From positions 3,658,001 to 3,722,000 of the forward strand of contig JBLDXI010000017.1 of NCBI GenBank assembly GCA_047495785.1: a DNA stretch of 64,000 nucleotides, in the 5' to 3' direction. The notes beneath the pieces were generated by a model. The model did no database searches, was not told where the DNA came from, and was given only the letters and a program-made list of their open reading frames with translations. Source of the DNA: Lepidodermella squamata (Eukaryota > Animalia > Gastrotricha). Shown piece after piece: positions 50,578 through 63,900 of this stretch (positions are counted from its first letter, which is position 1; every line of letters begins with the position of its first letter). The translations under genes and the position numbers were made by a program.

Positions 50578-52963
50578 TTCTCCCAAAGCATGTGACAGTT
50601 CACTGGCCTCGGCTTTGTTCACTCGACATCATCTTCATCATCGCCGCTCGTTGTCGGCATTGATGATAGTATAATACCACTTATGGCTTTTTTGCCTTCT
50701 CTTTTTGGCATTGTTTTACTCGACAAAACACGACAGTGACGCCCATTTTTACGGCTGTGATGATGATTATTATTTGCTCATTGGTTATATCATCGCCTTA
50801 TATACTACACGCGCTTTGCTCCCCCTCCAACTTCTGCCTCACTTGAAAATCTTTTCAATATCATCTAAATAATCGCACTTCATTCTGCGAGCCAGCAACA
50901 AATAAACCACTACATATAAGCCACATTTCTTTGTCTTGAAAACGTTGCCGAAAAACAATTTGAAGTAAACAGCCTTTGAATGCTTCAATTCAATTGAAGT
51001 TCGCAATTATGGAGGCTATTAAGCTCTTGATTGCATATATTTTCGCTGGATTTTTTGAAAACCCAACTATCCAAGGCAGTAGCTCTTCTATCCCAGAACC
51101 CCGCGTACTTTTTAAACAGCGGGCTCGATATACGATTTTTATACCTGCTGCGCAAAAATTGTTGATACTGCTTACCCGCGCCTGTGTATATTTTTGGTCT
51201 GCGCCATTGTACAACCAACTACCAGATTCTCTTTTTGCCTCACGTAATTAAGACGCCCCGTAACAGAGTCGGGCCATAAAAAAAATTCCTAGCAAATCGA
51301 TTCGGCGCTGTTGTTGTTATTGTAATTTATCGTCTGCGGGCGTTCTCACTGCTCTCGGCTTCGTTGGGTAGTTCATCGGAGCCGGTTGGGCGCGCTTTTA
51401 TCGCAGCAGCAAGATGGCGTGATAAGCATGCGCTTAGACGCCAAACAAAGTTATTGCGCAATATTCGCTCAAAAACACGACGCTGATTCTCCGCAGAAAC
51501 CAAAAATAGCATATTAATCGCGCATAAAAATGATCAGGATAATAACTTCTGTTAGTCAATTATCATGCGTGCTATCCTGTATTTGGCAACACGGATAGCT
51601 CCTACACCCCTTCATAGATGTGTAAAAACTGAATAGTCAACGATTTATCGAATAATTCATAAGTACAATTAATTAATTCTGGCCTTCTTTTTACATATCG
51701 GTCAAATATCCTGTATAATTTCTTTTCGCTTGGCTGGCACCCTGCATACAAAATTTTCGCAACCTATATCGATTTAAAAGCAGAAATAAAATTCTACAAA
51801 TCGCGGTCGTGTTTTGACGTTTTACGTGACAGCGATATAGTTCGCCTCGAATTTTCTGGTATCATTTACGTAATTTGCACGTAAAATTCTGTCAACACCA
51901 CCTTTAGTCAAATTGCGGCACGCTGCACGTGGGTTGAAAAAGCGGTGTCTTAGCGTATTCTGCACCTTGGTTAAGGCGCAAAATTTGCATCAGATGTCAG
52001 CTCAGAGCAACACGCCGTCGAGTTAATAGCTTCTCGGATGATTTAATTACTGGTAAAGAATGTCTTATTTACTTTCTACGGACCATCGTTTCCTCCCATT
52101 TTTTCTCCCGTGGGCCATCGGCGTCTAGTGGCGGCACGAGGGCTTTTTCCTTGTATCAAGTTGCTGAAAACAGGCGCGTACCTGACTGCTGGTTTACATA
52201 CACTTTTGGAGCCCTGCTTGTGCCAAATAGAGGATTTCGGCCAAGCGTCGGCATAAATATTTGCTGGCCCTTATCTGTGTGTAATTATACGTAGTGATTT
52301 CGCCGATAGCCAGTCGCATCAGTAATCGAATAGCCTCTTACCCTCATCATCATCATTACTACGATACATTTTTTTATTTGTAGGCTTTTTTAATACAATT
52401 TAGTTCCGGCACTCGCCGCGGCTTGTTGACTTTTTGCACTCAACGGCATATAGGAAGAAAATGCTTCTTGGCTATCGTTCTGTCCACTGATTCTGACAAT
52501 ACGCTGAATATACCCTCATTATAAAGTCATCGCAGATTTTTCGTTTATCTAGCACGTCAAACAAAGAGGTAATAACGTGTTTATATTTTTTCATTAAAAA
52601 CTAATTGAAATGTAACAATGCCCTAAGAATAACGAACAGTTTTTAATTCACAGGTCGTGAGTGTTAGAGGGTTATGCTTGAATTTGTGGGTTTTGCAGGT
52701 GACGGCGTTGAATAATTGACAGTTAGTTATACACAGGCTGCTATACTCCAAACTTCAATTTAATCGTTTACGATTTTCTTTTCACGGATTAGGCCTTCGG
52801 CGAAATTTTCAACTTGAAAATTCCGCCTAACAAAAAATTCCGGTTCTTAAATAAGGCCAAAAGCCATGAAAATTGCAGTGTTGTTAGTTGTTTTAGAATA
52901 TGTCACATGTTTTATTTGACTAAGCTGTAAAATTAATTTTTCTCAGCCGATTGGCGATAGATA

Positions 52964-55697
52964 ATGCTCCGGCGACCAAGTACTGACACTGCCGGAGCGA
53001 GTGCCATTATACAACCTCGCAGCAGCACGTGCAGTGAAGCGTCGACAGTGAGCAGCTCGAAAAACGGCGATCCAACAGTGGCGAGCGTCGGGGTGCGCCA
53101 CGCCGTGTCGCCAGCCGCGCTTACTACCTCATCGTCGGCAGCATTGATGAGCCGGAGCGCTTACGAGCCTTCGAAGCCAACTTCGTCCTTATCGATGTCT
53201 TCTGCCACTTCAGGAACTGGCACGGCGTCACCTGTTTCGGGCTCGTCCCCACGCATTTCGAATTGTTCTTCGACATTGGCACTAAACGAGCCCGTGGCGC
53301 TGACGACGGCTGATCGAATCATCCGAGAACTTATTGATACCGAGACAGCATATGTCCGGGATCTCGAGGATGTTATTATAGGCTACATCGTGCCGTTGCG
53401 CATTGAACGCATCATCTCGGAGTCCGATCTGGAAACAATATTCAGTAACGTCGAAGAAATTTACTACTTGAACAAGCGCCTGCTCATGCGCATGCACAAG
53501 GCCGTCGACCGCGCCTCAGGAGCACCGTCACTTGCCGTTATCTCGCGTTGCTTCAGCGAGAAAACGTACTGCGATAAACTGGTGCACACTTATCGGCGAT
53601 ACTGTTCATCGTTCGCTGCTGCTTCGGCTCGCCTCGAATTCATTCAGCACAGCCATTCCTACGCCAATGTAACGCGTCATATACGCGAGCTTCAGACGTC
53701 CCTGGGTCACACCCTACCGCTGTTTGCCTACTTGCTCAAACCTGTGCAACGAATCCTTAAATATCAGCTTCTGTGGCAGGTATTAAATCTTTCTGAGATA
53801 AAATACTTTGGTTTCATCGTCTTTTTTATTGTAGAAACTGGCCGAACAGTATGAGGCATCGACTCCAGAACATGCGATGGCATTTGATGCTGCTCTAAGC
53901 ATGATTCATATAGCTCAGCTGATCAACAGCTGTATCTCTCTGCCTAACTCATCAGCATCCCAGCAGTCACAGAGCGTGACCGAACCAGCGCCAGCAAAAT
54001 CAAGCACCTGGCGCTCGGCAATGACGACCAGCGCAATCCTGCCCAGCTTCGCATCGGCAGCGAACCTCAAACCGCACGCGCCTCCACCGAAACTTATGAA
54101 GCCCGAAGCGCTGCCTGGGCAGCCGTCTCTTCTACGCGTTGTTGTCATGCAGGGTCAGCTGCACATGCGTGGTGCAAAGAATCCGCGACATGTCATTCTG
54201 TTCGATACGATGCTAGTCGTTTACAAGGTGCATCGAATGTGGCGCAAATCCCAGGAGCAAGAGCAACTCATCCACCAAGTATCTATTCCCGTCTCAAATT
54301 TACGTCTCATTGAGCAACCCGAGAAAGCATCGTGTTCTTTCGCAGTCGAAGCCGCCGTAGAGCCACGTTCCTCGTATAACTTTCAAGCTGATTCTATAGA
54401 AAAGAAAGCAGCGTGGTGCGAAGCGATTCGCAATGTTGTTGCCAACAGCGCGACACCCAGCTCTGGTCGAAAGCCCGTTGGAACTACGGCGCCTAATAAA
54501 CGACATACTGTCTTGATGACGTCATCGATAACCGTAAATCCAACTAACCCTGAACTTGATTCTCTGGCGCCAAGGCGTTCCGCATCGCCATTTATCGGGC
54601 TTGGGGAAAGCGTTGGGTCGAAGTCGTCGACGCCGTCAGACTTGGGTGGCCACTTACCGCGGAGTTCTTTGAAGAGCCAAAACCCGGCACCGGTGCGATT
54701 TAGCAGTGTTGGAAGCGGGGTCGCCACCAGCCAACCAGCCGAACTCAAAATGGACGATACCGTTAGTGGGGTATCGCCGCTCTGGGTCGACACGACGATA
54801 AACGCAGGTCCGACGATCAATCGCACAGATTCGGAGAAATGGCGCGAGCGGCAGAGTCGCTACAAGACGAAATCAGCGACATTGAACCGGCGAGGCCACA
54901 GCGAACAACGCTTTCAGGACCCGGGCGAAGATGACTTGTTCTGCAATGCGGACAAGTCATCGGCAGTCTCGTCGCAAAACAAGCGCACAAAAATGCGAGT
55001 GTTTGTACCCTGGCAGCATGCGCTCAATAGGCGCGCTTTCGTGCGACGACCGTCGTTTATCAGCGCTGCGCACTTGTTGCATGTTGCGCGGCAAAACAGG
55101 CCGGCGATAGCTGTGTCCGACGTTGGCGAAGCTTGCACTGGCGGTCAGCGAACGCCGACTCTGCCTGTTGACGCGAACCAGAGGCGCTTTTCTCGGTCGA
55201 ACGGGCTGCGACGCTTCTTTGACGCTGTGGCTAAAAAGTTCAAGCCGAGCGATCGCGCCAATAAGTCATTCGTTTATACCTCAGCAGCCGAAATGGAAAA
55301 TGAACCCAAGCCGCTGCTACCTCATGTGTCATCTCTGGTCAACAGTGCAGCGGCGAACACTGGGAATCTCGCTTATGTTAGAGTCACTCCGCTCGTCGCT
55401 GGCGGTTGCCAGAGTCCTGGGCCCAGCGAGCGGGCGTCCACAGCCGAGCTGAAGGCGTCCAACGCGGGCAAGACCGTAGAACGCATATCTGGGCTATCCC
55501 GAGTAGCGCAACCCGTTCCGAAACAGGTGTCTTGCTCCGCCTTGTTCACGCCTCGCCACGCGTCTCTGCAGGCTCATCAACGGCAAGCAGTTGGCAAGCA
55601 GTTCGGTTTCAAAAAGAAATCCGAAGCCATGGGACAGCGTACGGCTATAATCGCTCATTGGGCAGCGTCCGGTGCACCACGCGATGTTTTTGTTTAA
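52964..55697 (+). CDS. DH-PH Rho guanine nucleotide exchange factor (PLEKHG1/3-like)
   Basis: DH domain RIIRELIDTETAYVRDL..IFSNVEEIY..LFAYLLKPVQRILKYQLL; intron 53781-53834; PH domain GAKNPRHVILFD..EKKAAWCEAI. Confidence 0.88.
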
Positions 55698-55990
55698 TTT
55701 TTTGTTTGCCTTATTTTATACGACACGAATATTGCCTACCATCTACGTATTACACTTGGCTCGGCGTCTCGCGTGAAAACGACTCAAAATTGAAAATCGA
55801 AAGCACTATTATAATATCGTAGTGGTTTTTCAGCTTTATTGCTTAACTGAAACAAATTACAATTTTATGTCGAATCGAGTTAATACTGAGATGAATGAAG
55901 AAGATGACTGCGCTGATAAATTTAAAGAATTCAACAAATGAATAAAATGACACGTTGAGCGAATGTTTTCAGTTTTTGTTTTCAGCGCCA

Positions 55991-57880
55991 TTAAGAATTT
56001 CCATCGATAACTCGGCGTAAGATCAAAGCATTGTCTTCAGAATTTGGCTCCTTCTCTTCCTGATTTGATGATTCCGGAGCAGATGGTCGCTCAAAATTGA
56101 AAAACAGAAATGCGCAGTGAGAAGGCGATTTATCGTCTGATTTGGGGTTCTTAACGCTAGGCTTTCCACCAAATGACACTAGTTTTTCAGTTATCACTTC
56201 GTTCAGGCGAGTGGCTTGTTCGTGGGTTAATTCGACCAAATATCTTCCAGTTTCCGCGGCAATTTTACATCCATCGCGGAGGGTGGCAGAGCAAAATTGT
56301 TGATTCAAGGTATGGAACAAGCTTACTGAGACAAAGACCGCGTCAAACAGCTGATTGTACTTTTCTTTCTTAGGCAGAAAATCCATTGCCGTCATGGGCA
56401 AGAAATGAATTTTGATCAGACGAGACAGTCGAGAAGTAACCGCTACATCTGATTCCGGAGCAGGCGATTCCGTATCTATTTCTTCTGGCACTTCTTCGAT
56501 TACAGCATTTTTACCAATTGTCTTATCGGGGTCGAAGTTGACATTGCCAGTTGATATTGCATATAGCAATTTCATCAATCGCTTTTGAGCTATGAGAGGT
56601 GCAACAGTTGCCGTATATGGGCGCTCGCCAGCATTCACCTTTTCGACTTTTGAATTCAATTGCGTTTCCTCAGTCTCCGGCTCCATAATGACACTGATAT
56701 ATGGCGAAACCACAATATCGCCCCAGAATGCACAGCGAATAGTTTTATCCCCAGTGCGCTGTTAGAAAAATTATGAATGGCATAGTCTTGGCAATATCAT
56801 TTGCAACAGGAATTTACATCAGTCAATACAGCTGCTGTAACCACGGTTTGGTTTGCTTCAGAATAATCTGCCTCGCGCAGTTCGAATGCAAGTCCTGTTC
56901 CGCGCCACCGACAATAGTCACCTGGTTTCAATTTTGTTATTCAGTTATTCAATGAAAGTGATGATTATGTTTTACCAGGAGACATCAGCTTGCTAATTTT
57001 CGAGTCTCTTTCGCACATCCTCATGTTATAATCCCAGTCGAAAACTCCCCGCTGAGAGTCGTACCTAGTTCCTAAGAATTGGCGCAGGCGAACATCCCTA
57101 AACAATTTCCACATCCAAGTGATACAATTGTTCGCAAAAGTGGCTTACCAGAACAACTTAGGATCTAATTTGGTCTTTTCAGAACGCCAGAATTTGAAAA
57201 TACTCTCTAGACCGTCGATCTCTTTATGCTACATATTACAATAAAGTTATTATTCACGTAATGAATCTTAGTATTACCTTCAATGCTTTCAAGTCAATGA
57301 ATGGCAGGACTTTCGCCATATCATTTTCCAAATCAGTGATTAGCCTTGCAAAAGACTTATTATGCCCAAATCATCCGGCGTACATTTAGAAACTTACTTT
57401 ACCAACTCAGATCCACTCTTTTGAATGAAATCTTTAGTCGCGTGCCTTATTAGTAGATTGCCATGAATCTCCAGATAAAGCTCGACCTTCTCTAGTAACG
57501 ATACATGATATCAACTGACAAATAACCCAGATCGATCTTACCACTTAAACTGAGGATTGAGTTACTTCTCGAAATGAGGTAAAGCTGCAAAATCATCCGA
57601 GCGTAAATTTCCAGCCTTGCTTCAGAAATGTATATCTTGAAAATCAGCGCAGTTGACATCAATTATGCAAGAAAATTAGAGAGATACTAACATTAATCGG
57701 CTCTTGAATTGGCTGCTTGGAATCAATCTCTAGCAAATGATCCAATGTTGCCATCACATGTCGGAGATCACCTGCTCCAAGCAGCAAAATGTTTCGACAG
57801 ATTGAGCCGTCTTTAAGAAGCAGCATATCAAGCGGTGGGGTGAAACCCCAGCAGTTAATATTTCCGCATCCATTAACCAT
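55991..57880 (-). CDS. DNAAF3: Dynein axonemal assembly factor 3 (PF22)
   Basis: GCGNINCWGFTPPLD, ILLLGAGDLRH, WDVRLRQFLGTRYD..VFDWDYNM, WRGTGLAFE and FWGDIVVSPY, across about 9 small exons. Confidence 0.92.
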
Positions 57881-59209
57881 CGTTTGCAAGTAATGGCTAT
57901 AAGAGGAAGATACAAGAAATTCGAAGAGGATAGACAAAGACCAGAGACACGTAAAGCTAAGATTAAAAAAGACATGCCTCTACGAAAGGCATTCCTCCAC
58001 AAAAACAGAAAAACCGCAGATTCACCTGTGACTAGCCCTCTCATGGATGGGCGTGAGGGGCGCCCGCACTTTACGCCATCCTTTAATCGATGATTTCATG
58101 GATTGGACACTGTATCCAAGACCAGGGACGCTATTTTGTAAAACATAATTTTTATGTTATAAGCAAGAATAAACAATATATTGATTAAATGTATAAAATT
58201 ATGTCAAAAATTAGCATCTAACAAAATTTGAACACGACGACGGCCCGCCGCGTCGCTAGGTAAGTTTTAGCTTTTTGCGAATTTTGAACTTGCCCAGCTG
58301 ATCACCATTTGCGCTGCAAAGCAAACTGATGTGTGTTCATTGTTGGCCTCTCTTCTGTCTTTTATTATTTACGGTAAAATAGTTGAAGGTGTTCTTTAAA
58401 TCTCGAATAGAATTGAAGATTTGATCATTGATGAGGTTGCCTCCAAGCCTTTGCATGTAGACTGCAGACTGCAGACTCGTTACACTGTTCGTTATTCATT
58501 CCTTCGGCATCATTGTAACATTAAGCACATTGCGATGTCTCTGGTTCTCATACTGCTCTATGCTCTATATGAAGGAGCTGTCCCTTGTCCCTTGCTGGCA
58601 AGTAGTGGGTCGTGGTTTGTCCATTGAGGACAGACTGAGTATTTATTCTGAGAGCCAATAATAAATAATTATAACTACTCTACAGCGGGTGTCAACCGTC
58701 GATTTTCCTTTTCTAGCTAAGCTTTATTTACAACTCTGAATGAACTGAACATATTTGAGATTTTTACTCCATCCTCCATCCTACATCCTGATTACAGCGA
58801 GCTAGCAGCTTTGTAGTCAACTTCTGACTCGGGCTTTTATCTGATTGCGGCTTCTTCGTTAGTAAAGGATGGCGAAACATTTGACAGCTGATTGCTTCAT
58901 GCCTCCTAAGTTATGATTTCCGTTTAGGTTAGCCATTTCCTTGTTATGAATCAACCGTCTTCAGTCGCTCAGCTTCATCAACTTCGCGTTTATGGCCTTT
59001 CCCATTTGTGCTATTAGATGAAATGAATAGGTAAAAGATAGTCTTTCGTCTATCTTTTATAGAATATGATTAGTAATGGTGGAAGCCAAGTTCTCTGTTA
59101 TCGTTGAGCCTTCCGGTCTCAGTTGTAGACTTGGCGTTTTCCGTCCAGCAATCGCCTCGCTTTCCTCAGTTATATCTTTTTTTTACGTTTGTAGTTATTT
59201 GAATTTGAA

Positions 59210-60537
59210 ATGGAAATGCCTCTTCGGCGATCAACAGCTGGAGAAGGCGAAATTTCAGCTATCCGTCAAATATATCGCACGAACCCTGTTTCGCATACAG
59301 TTTCTCCCAAGGTTCATGTTGATAAAGAGCGAAAAATTCGTCGTCAAATTGCAAATAATAATGAGCGAAAACGAATGCAAAACATAAATAATGGCTTCGA
59401 AAAGTTGAAAAACTTGTTACAACTTGACGAAACTGACAAATTCATCAGTAAATCAGCATTACTTGAGGTAGGATTGAAGTGTATATTTCCTAATTATCTA
59501 AAGTTTTTTTCAATTAGACAACCGCGCGGCATATTAGTGATCTCTACGCCGAACGGGAACAATTGCTTTCTGAGATAAAGCAGCTCCGACAATATATTAG
59601 AGAAAGGATAGGGGAAGAGCCAGAAATTATTAACACAGTAAAATATCACGATTCGGATTCTGTCATGGAAGAAGATCAGCTTGAGGATGAGGAAGCAAGC
59701 AACAACAGCCAAGAGCCATCTTCCTCCTCCATAATCGTGAGTGCCAATGGCTCCATTAATCCCTTGTCACCTTCCTCAGGAACTCTTTGCTCACCTCTCG
59801 ACAATGCGGAAATCACCGACAAAGCTAAGCGAAACATCCAGTTTGGCTTAGAAGATAGATTATGCCTTGATTCGACGTGGCAATCAACTGTTGCGGCCGA
59901 AAACCATCTTCCGAAATCGAGAAACCGAGTTTCAGCTCATCACCCTCGTAGCATGGTTTCCAATGAGTCTTCGATTGAAGTCAGGCAAGAAAATGCATTG
60001 AGCTTCGAAGACTCCACCGGGCGAAATAATTTGGAAATTATTTTAACGGCCATTCAACATATAGAAAGTTCTGGTCATGATACTCTCGCCGTATCGAGCA
60101 ATCCATGCGCTAATGACAACGATGGCGTGGCTTCATCGGAATTCCAAGATCAGTCAACAGCTGATGAAGAAATGAATTCTCGCTCATCTGCTCCCAACCA
60201 AAATGGGGTGCGCAGACACACTGTATTGGTTCATCCGATCAGTAGAATCGACGCGACACGTTCGCATCAACAACACCATTCTCAGCAAATGCAACAGTCT
60301 CATTCTCAGCCACCGCTTCAAAGGATTCCGACAATTCTTCTTCACCGCGTAGCTACCTCGCCTAGTTCTAGCAATGTTCGAGTCGGTACAGCACAACAAT
60401 CGGGCTCGAGTATTAAGGCTGTTTCGGCCAATCAGATCACGTCCAACATATTGGTGTTGAACAGTCCGACTGTGACCCTAACGGGTGCCGACGGTGGCGA
60501 GCTGCAGTACCATCTTGCCGCTGTCACCAATAAATAA
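59210..60537 (+). CDS. TFAP4: bHLH transcription factor AP-4 (cropped)
   Basis: ERKIRRQIANNNERKRMQNINNGF..ISKSALLE|TTARHI; the AP-4 C-terminal motif NLEIILTAIQHIE; intron 59468-59517. Confidence 0.88.
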
Positions 60538-60915
60538 AATTGCCTCTCCTCTTTCTGTTTCCGTGCATATTTGTTCGTTGATTTTTATTTAAATGTTCAT
60601 GCTGTTACTCATGGAAAATAGGTAACTTATCTGTTTTTACAGTCGTTGTTGTTTACTGGCGTTTGATGCCTCTGTACTTCATACATTACTTATCGCTCAC
60701 TTTCTCGTGGGATTTCTGATATAAAACACATCTCAATGATTTTTCGCTTTGTTATATTTAGACCAATCTCTTGTTAAAAATCAAATTTATTGCAAGCGAT
60801 CATTTTTTGTTGATATTTCTGGGCACAAATCAAGCAGGTAATCCACACATTTATCTTCAAGCAACCGCCCCTAACTTGCCATTTGTTTTTCGTCTCACAG
60901 GTAAATTGTTGTTTG

Positions 60916-63900
60916 ATGACGAATAAAGGCTCTCGCTCAGACGATGAGCCACCTGCGTATCTCCACCGCCGGGTGCGGTTGAGGCCGCAACTTCCCAAGC
61001 TCGACTGGCTCATTTTTCCGAACATGTTTTCGTACATGATGTCATGGTACGGTCTCTTCGTCGGCAAGTTCCCATTCCAGGTACTGTGTTGTGCCATTGG
61101 CCTGTGCGCAATTTTCGGAGCTGGACTCCACCGCATAAAAGTGGCCGATGTAAAAGCGGAGGATTACTTACCGACGGACAGTCGATCAAATAAGGACCGT
61201 ATTACGACAACACTATTTGACTACGAAGACAAAGATAGGCCATCAAAAACACCCGTCGTCATGTATCCGAGGCAACCGCCGCCGACGATTCGCCCACGCA
61301 CAACGACCACAACATCTAATGTAACGAAAACACGACTGAAACGTGGCGTGGCCGAGACTTATTTTGATTATATTCTGGAGCAATCGAAGGTAGCGCCGCT
61401 CAGTGAATTGGCTCGTGACTTGCACGAACTTCACCAGCCATTACTAGATCGCAAAAAACGACAGGCTTACCCTGACCCGCAAGGGAATGCTCAAAACTGT
61501 CGAGTGAACAGTATTCTAATTGTTGCAAAACCGAACGCATCGGACCCGACTAGGGCGCGCTACAACTTGTTTGACCGCAGTATGTTGGCTGAAATTGAGC
61601 GACTCGAAGCGGTTGTTTTCAGCGTTATGGCTGAAGTTTATTCGCCCAAGTCAGGCGATGGTGGTCAGTTTTTCTACGAAGACACGCCTGGCCAGCAGGG
61701 CTTGTGCACAAAACAGCCAACTGGTAAATGTGGCGGTTTCAATTTGCGCGTCATGAAAACTCTTGTGCCTAACTCGGTCGCTGACCCGATTTCAATGCTG
61801 TTTTCTACGATTCCCGGCGTGGCCCTTACATGGCCGCATTACTTCACATTCGACTTGAGTCAGTTTTTTGGCGGAGTCAAAACCGTGAATAACGCGCATA
61901 ATGGTAGAGTTGAGCGGGTCGAAGCTATCCGCGAGGTGTTTTGCATCAATGAATACAGTCTCGACTGGTTTGTTCGAACTTTCACCATCTGGGTTGAATG
62001 GGAGCGACAATTTGACAAGGCGATGCGTCGTTTTTCAAGCCCTTATTTCGACATTTACTGGGTGGCTGAGTACCAGAAACAAGACGAGCAAACGCTGCTG
62101 ATTACCAACATGTTGCCTAAGATCGGGGCAACTTTCTTGGCGTTGATGCTCTGGTGCACAGCGGGTGCGTTGATGCGAGACGCGGTTCGATCAAAGCCAT
62201 GGGCTGGGGTGGTTGGTATCATGGCTACAATGTGCGCCAATATAGGCGCTTTCGGAATATGCCTATGGCTGAATCCAACGTTTTCGCCGATTTTAATGGC
62301 TGTTCCGCTTCTTACCCTGGCCATCGGGTTGGACGATATGTTCATAATTCTGGAAGCCTGGTCTCGAACTAACCCGGCGTTACCAGTCGAGGAACGCATG
62401 ATGTTATCTATGAACGTGGGTGGCACTTCGATTTTTATCACCTTCGTTATTAACTTGCTCGACTTCGTCATCGGCAACTACACGCCTTATCCGATTATAA
62501 ACATGCTGTCGATATACTCAACAGCTGCAATGGTGTTGGATTTCGGCTGCCAAATGACCATTTTCTGTAGTTGTCTCGCTTTGTTTGGTGGCAACGAGCC
62601 TGATAATAGACACTCGTGTTGCTGCTGCATTCGCCTACCCGACCGACGATCTGCTTTTCGCAGTGTTATTCTGACTCAACGGGGTCCAAGCGACCTCAAA
62701 ATTGTGTGTTGTGCTGGCGGTTTCCTTCGACAACGCCGTGACACTACGCAACTTAGCGGGGATACCAGTAGTGCCTCTGAGGCCGAGGAAGACGAAGAGG
62801 AGGAGGAAGATGGCCCTGTTCACCAAGCTATCTCGAGAATTCTATCGACTTTTTTACTGAAAACTCCTGTCCGCATTGCTTCAATCCTGTTGTTTTTCAC
62901 GTACATCGGACTATCGGCTTGGTCACTATCGCAAATGCAGACCGGTTTGAAACCTGAGCGAATCTATCGGATGAGTTCGAACCTATACGACTACACTTAT
63001 TACCACCGCACTTTGTTCACGCGTTACTCGCATGAAGTTTTGCTGGTTTTAAACAACGAAGTCGATTACAGCCAGCCGAAGGTTCAATTGCAGCTGATTG
63101 AATGCGTAGCCAAAATCGAGTCATCCGGCTACTTCTGGGGCAGGGAAGAGACGTCGTTCTGGCTTCGCGATTTCTTGTCCTGGCTCGTTCAGATTAACGG
63201 AGCGTTGAATGGCACGACTTGCTGTAGCAATAACGCTGAAATTATCGAACAAATGCAGCGCTTCCCGGACGGGTTTTTCATGCAGGGCACTTACGGGTTG
63301 CACGCGAAAGACCTGCGCATAAATTACAATGCAACGACGATTCTGCGGTCGCGCTTCAGGTTTCGAGCTAAGGATATGACTGGGCCTGACAGGCAGGTCG
63401 GGATGATGCAGACCATTCGTGAAATCATCGACCAATACCGGCCCCAGTTCGACATGGCAGCTTATACTGGCGATTTTCTGCTGTACGACCAGTTTCAAAC
63501 TGCGGTGCCGGCGACGCTTTACTACAGTGCTATCACCCTGGTGGTGACTCTCGGCGTCGCTATTTTCATGATTCCGCACCCGGTCTGCATCTTCTGGGTC
63601 GGCATTTTCGTCGTTTCAATTCTCATCGGCATCGTTGGCCTGATGCGGCTGTGGTCTATGGATCTCGACTCAGTATCACTAATTAATCTCCTGATTGCAA
63701 TCTCGCTATCTTCCGACTTCGTGGCGCATGCCACTTACATTTTCTTGGTCACGCCGGCGCATGAGGTTGAAGACCCGGAGGAGCGGAAGACTGGTAAAAA
63801 GCTGGATCGCCCGCTGACTGCGCCTGAAATCCGCGTTCGAAAAGCCCGGTTTCTCATCGACGAGGTTTCAGGCGCTGCGATTCCCGCTGCCATCGGAACG

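Noticed and set aside
48400-52900. Short ORFs and possible RNA genes upstream of the RhoGEF
   Set aside because: I recognised no coding, tRNA, snRNA or miRNA signature; this is probably 5' UTR exons and regulatory DNA.
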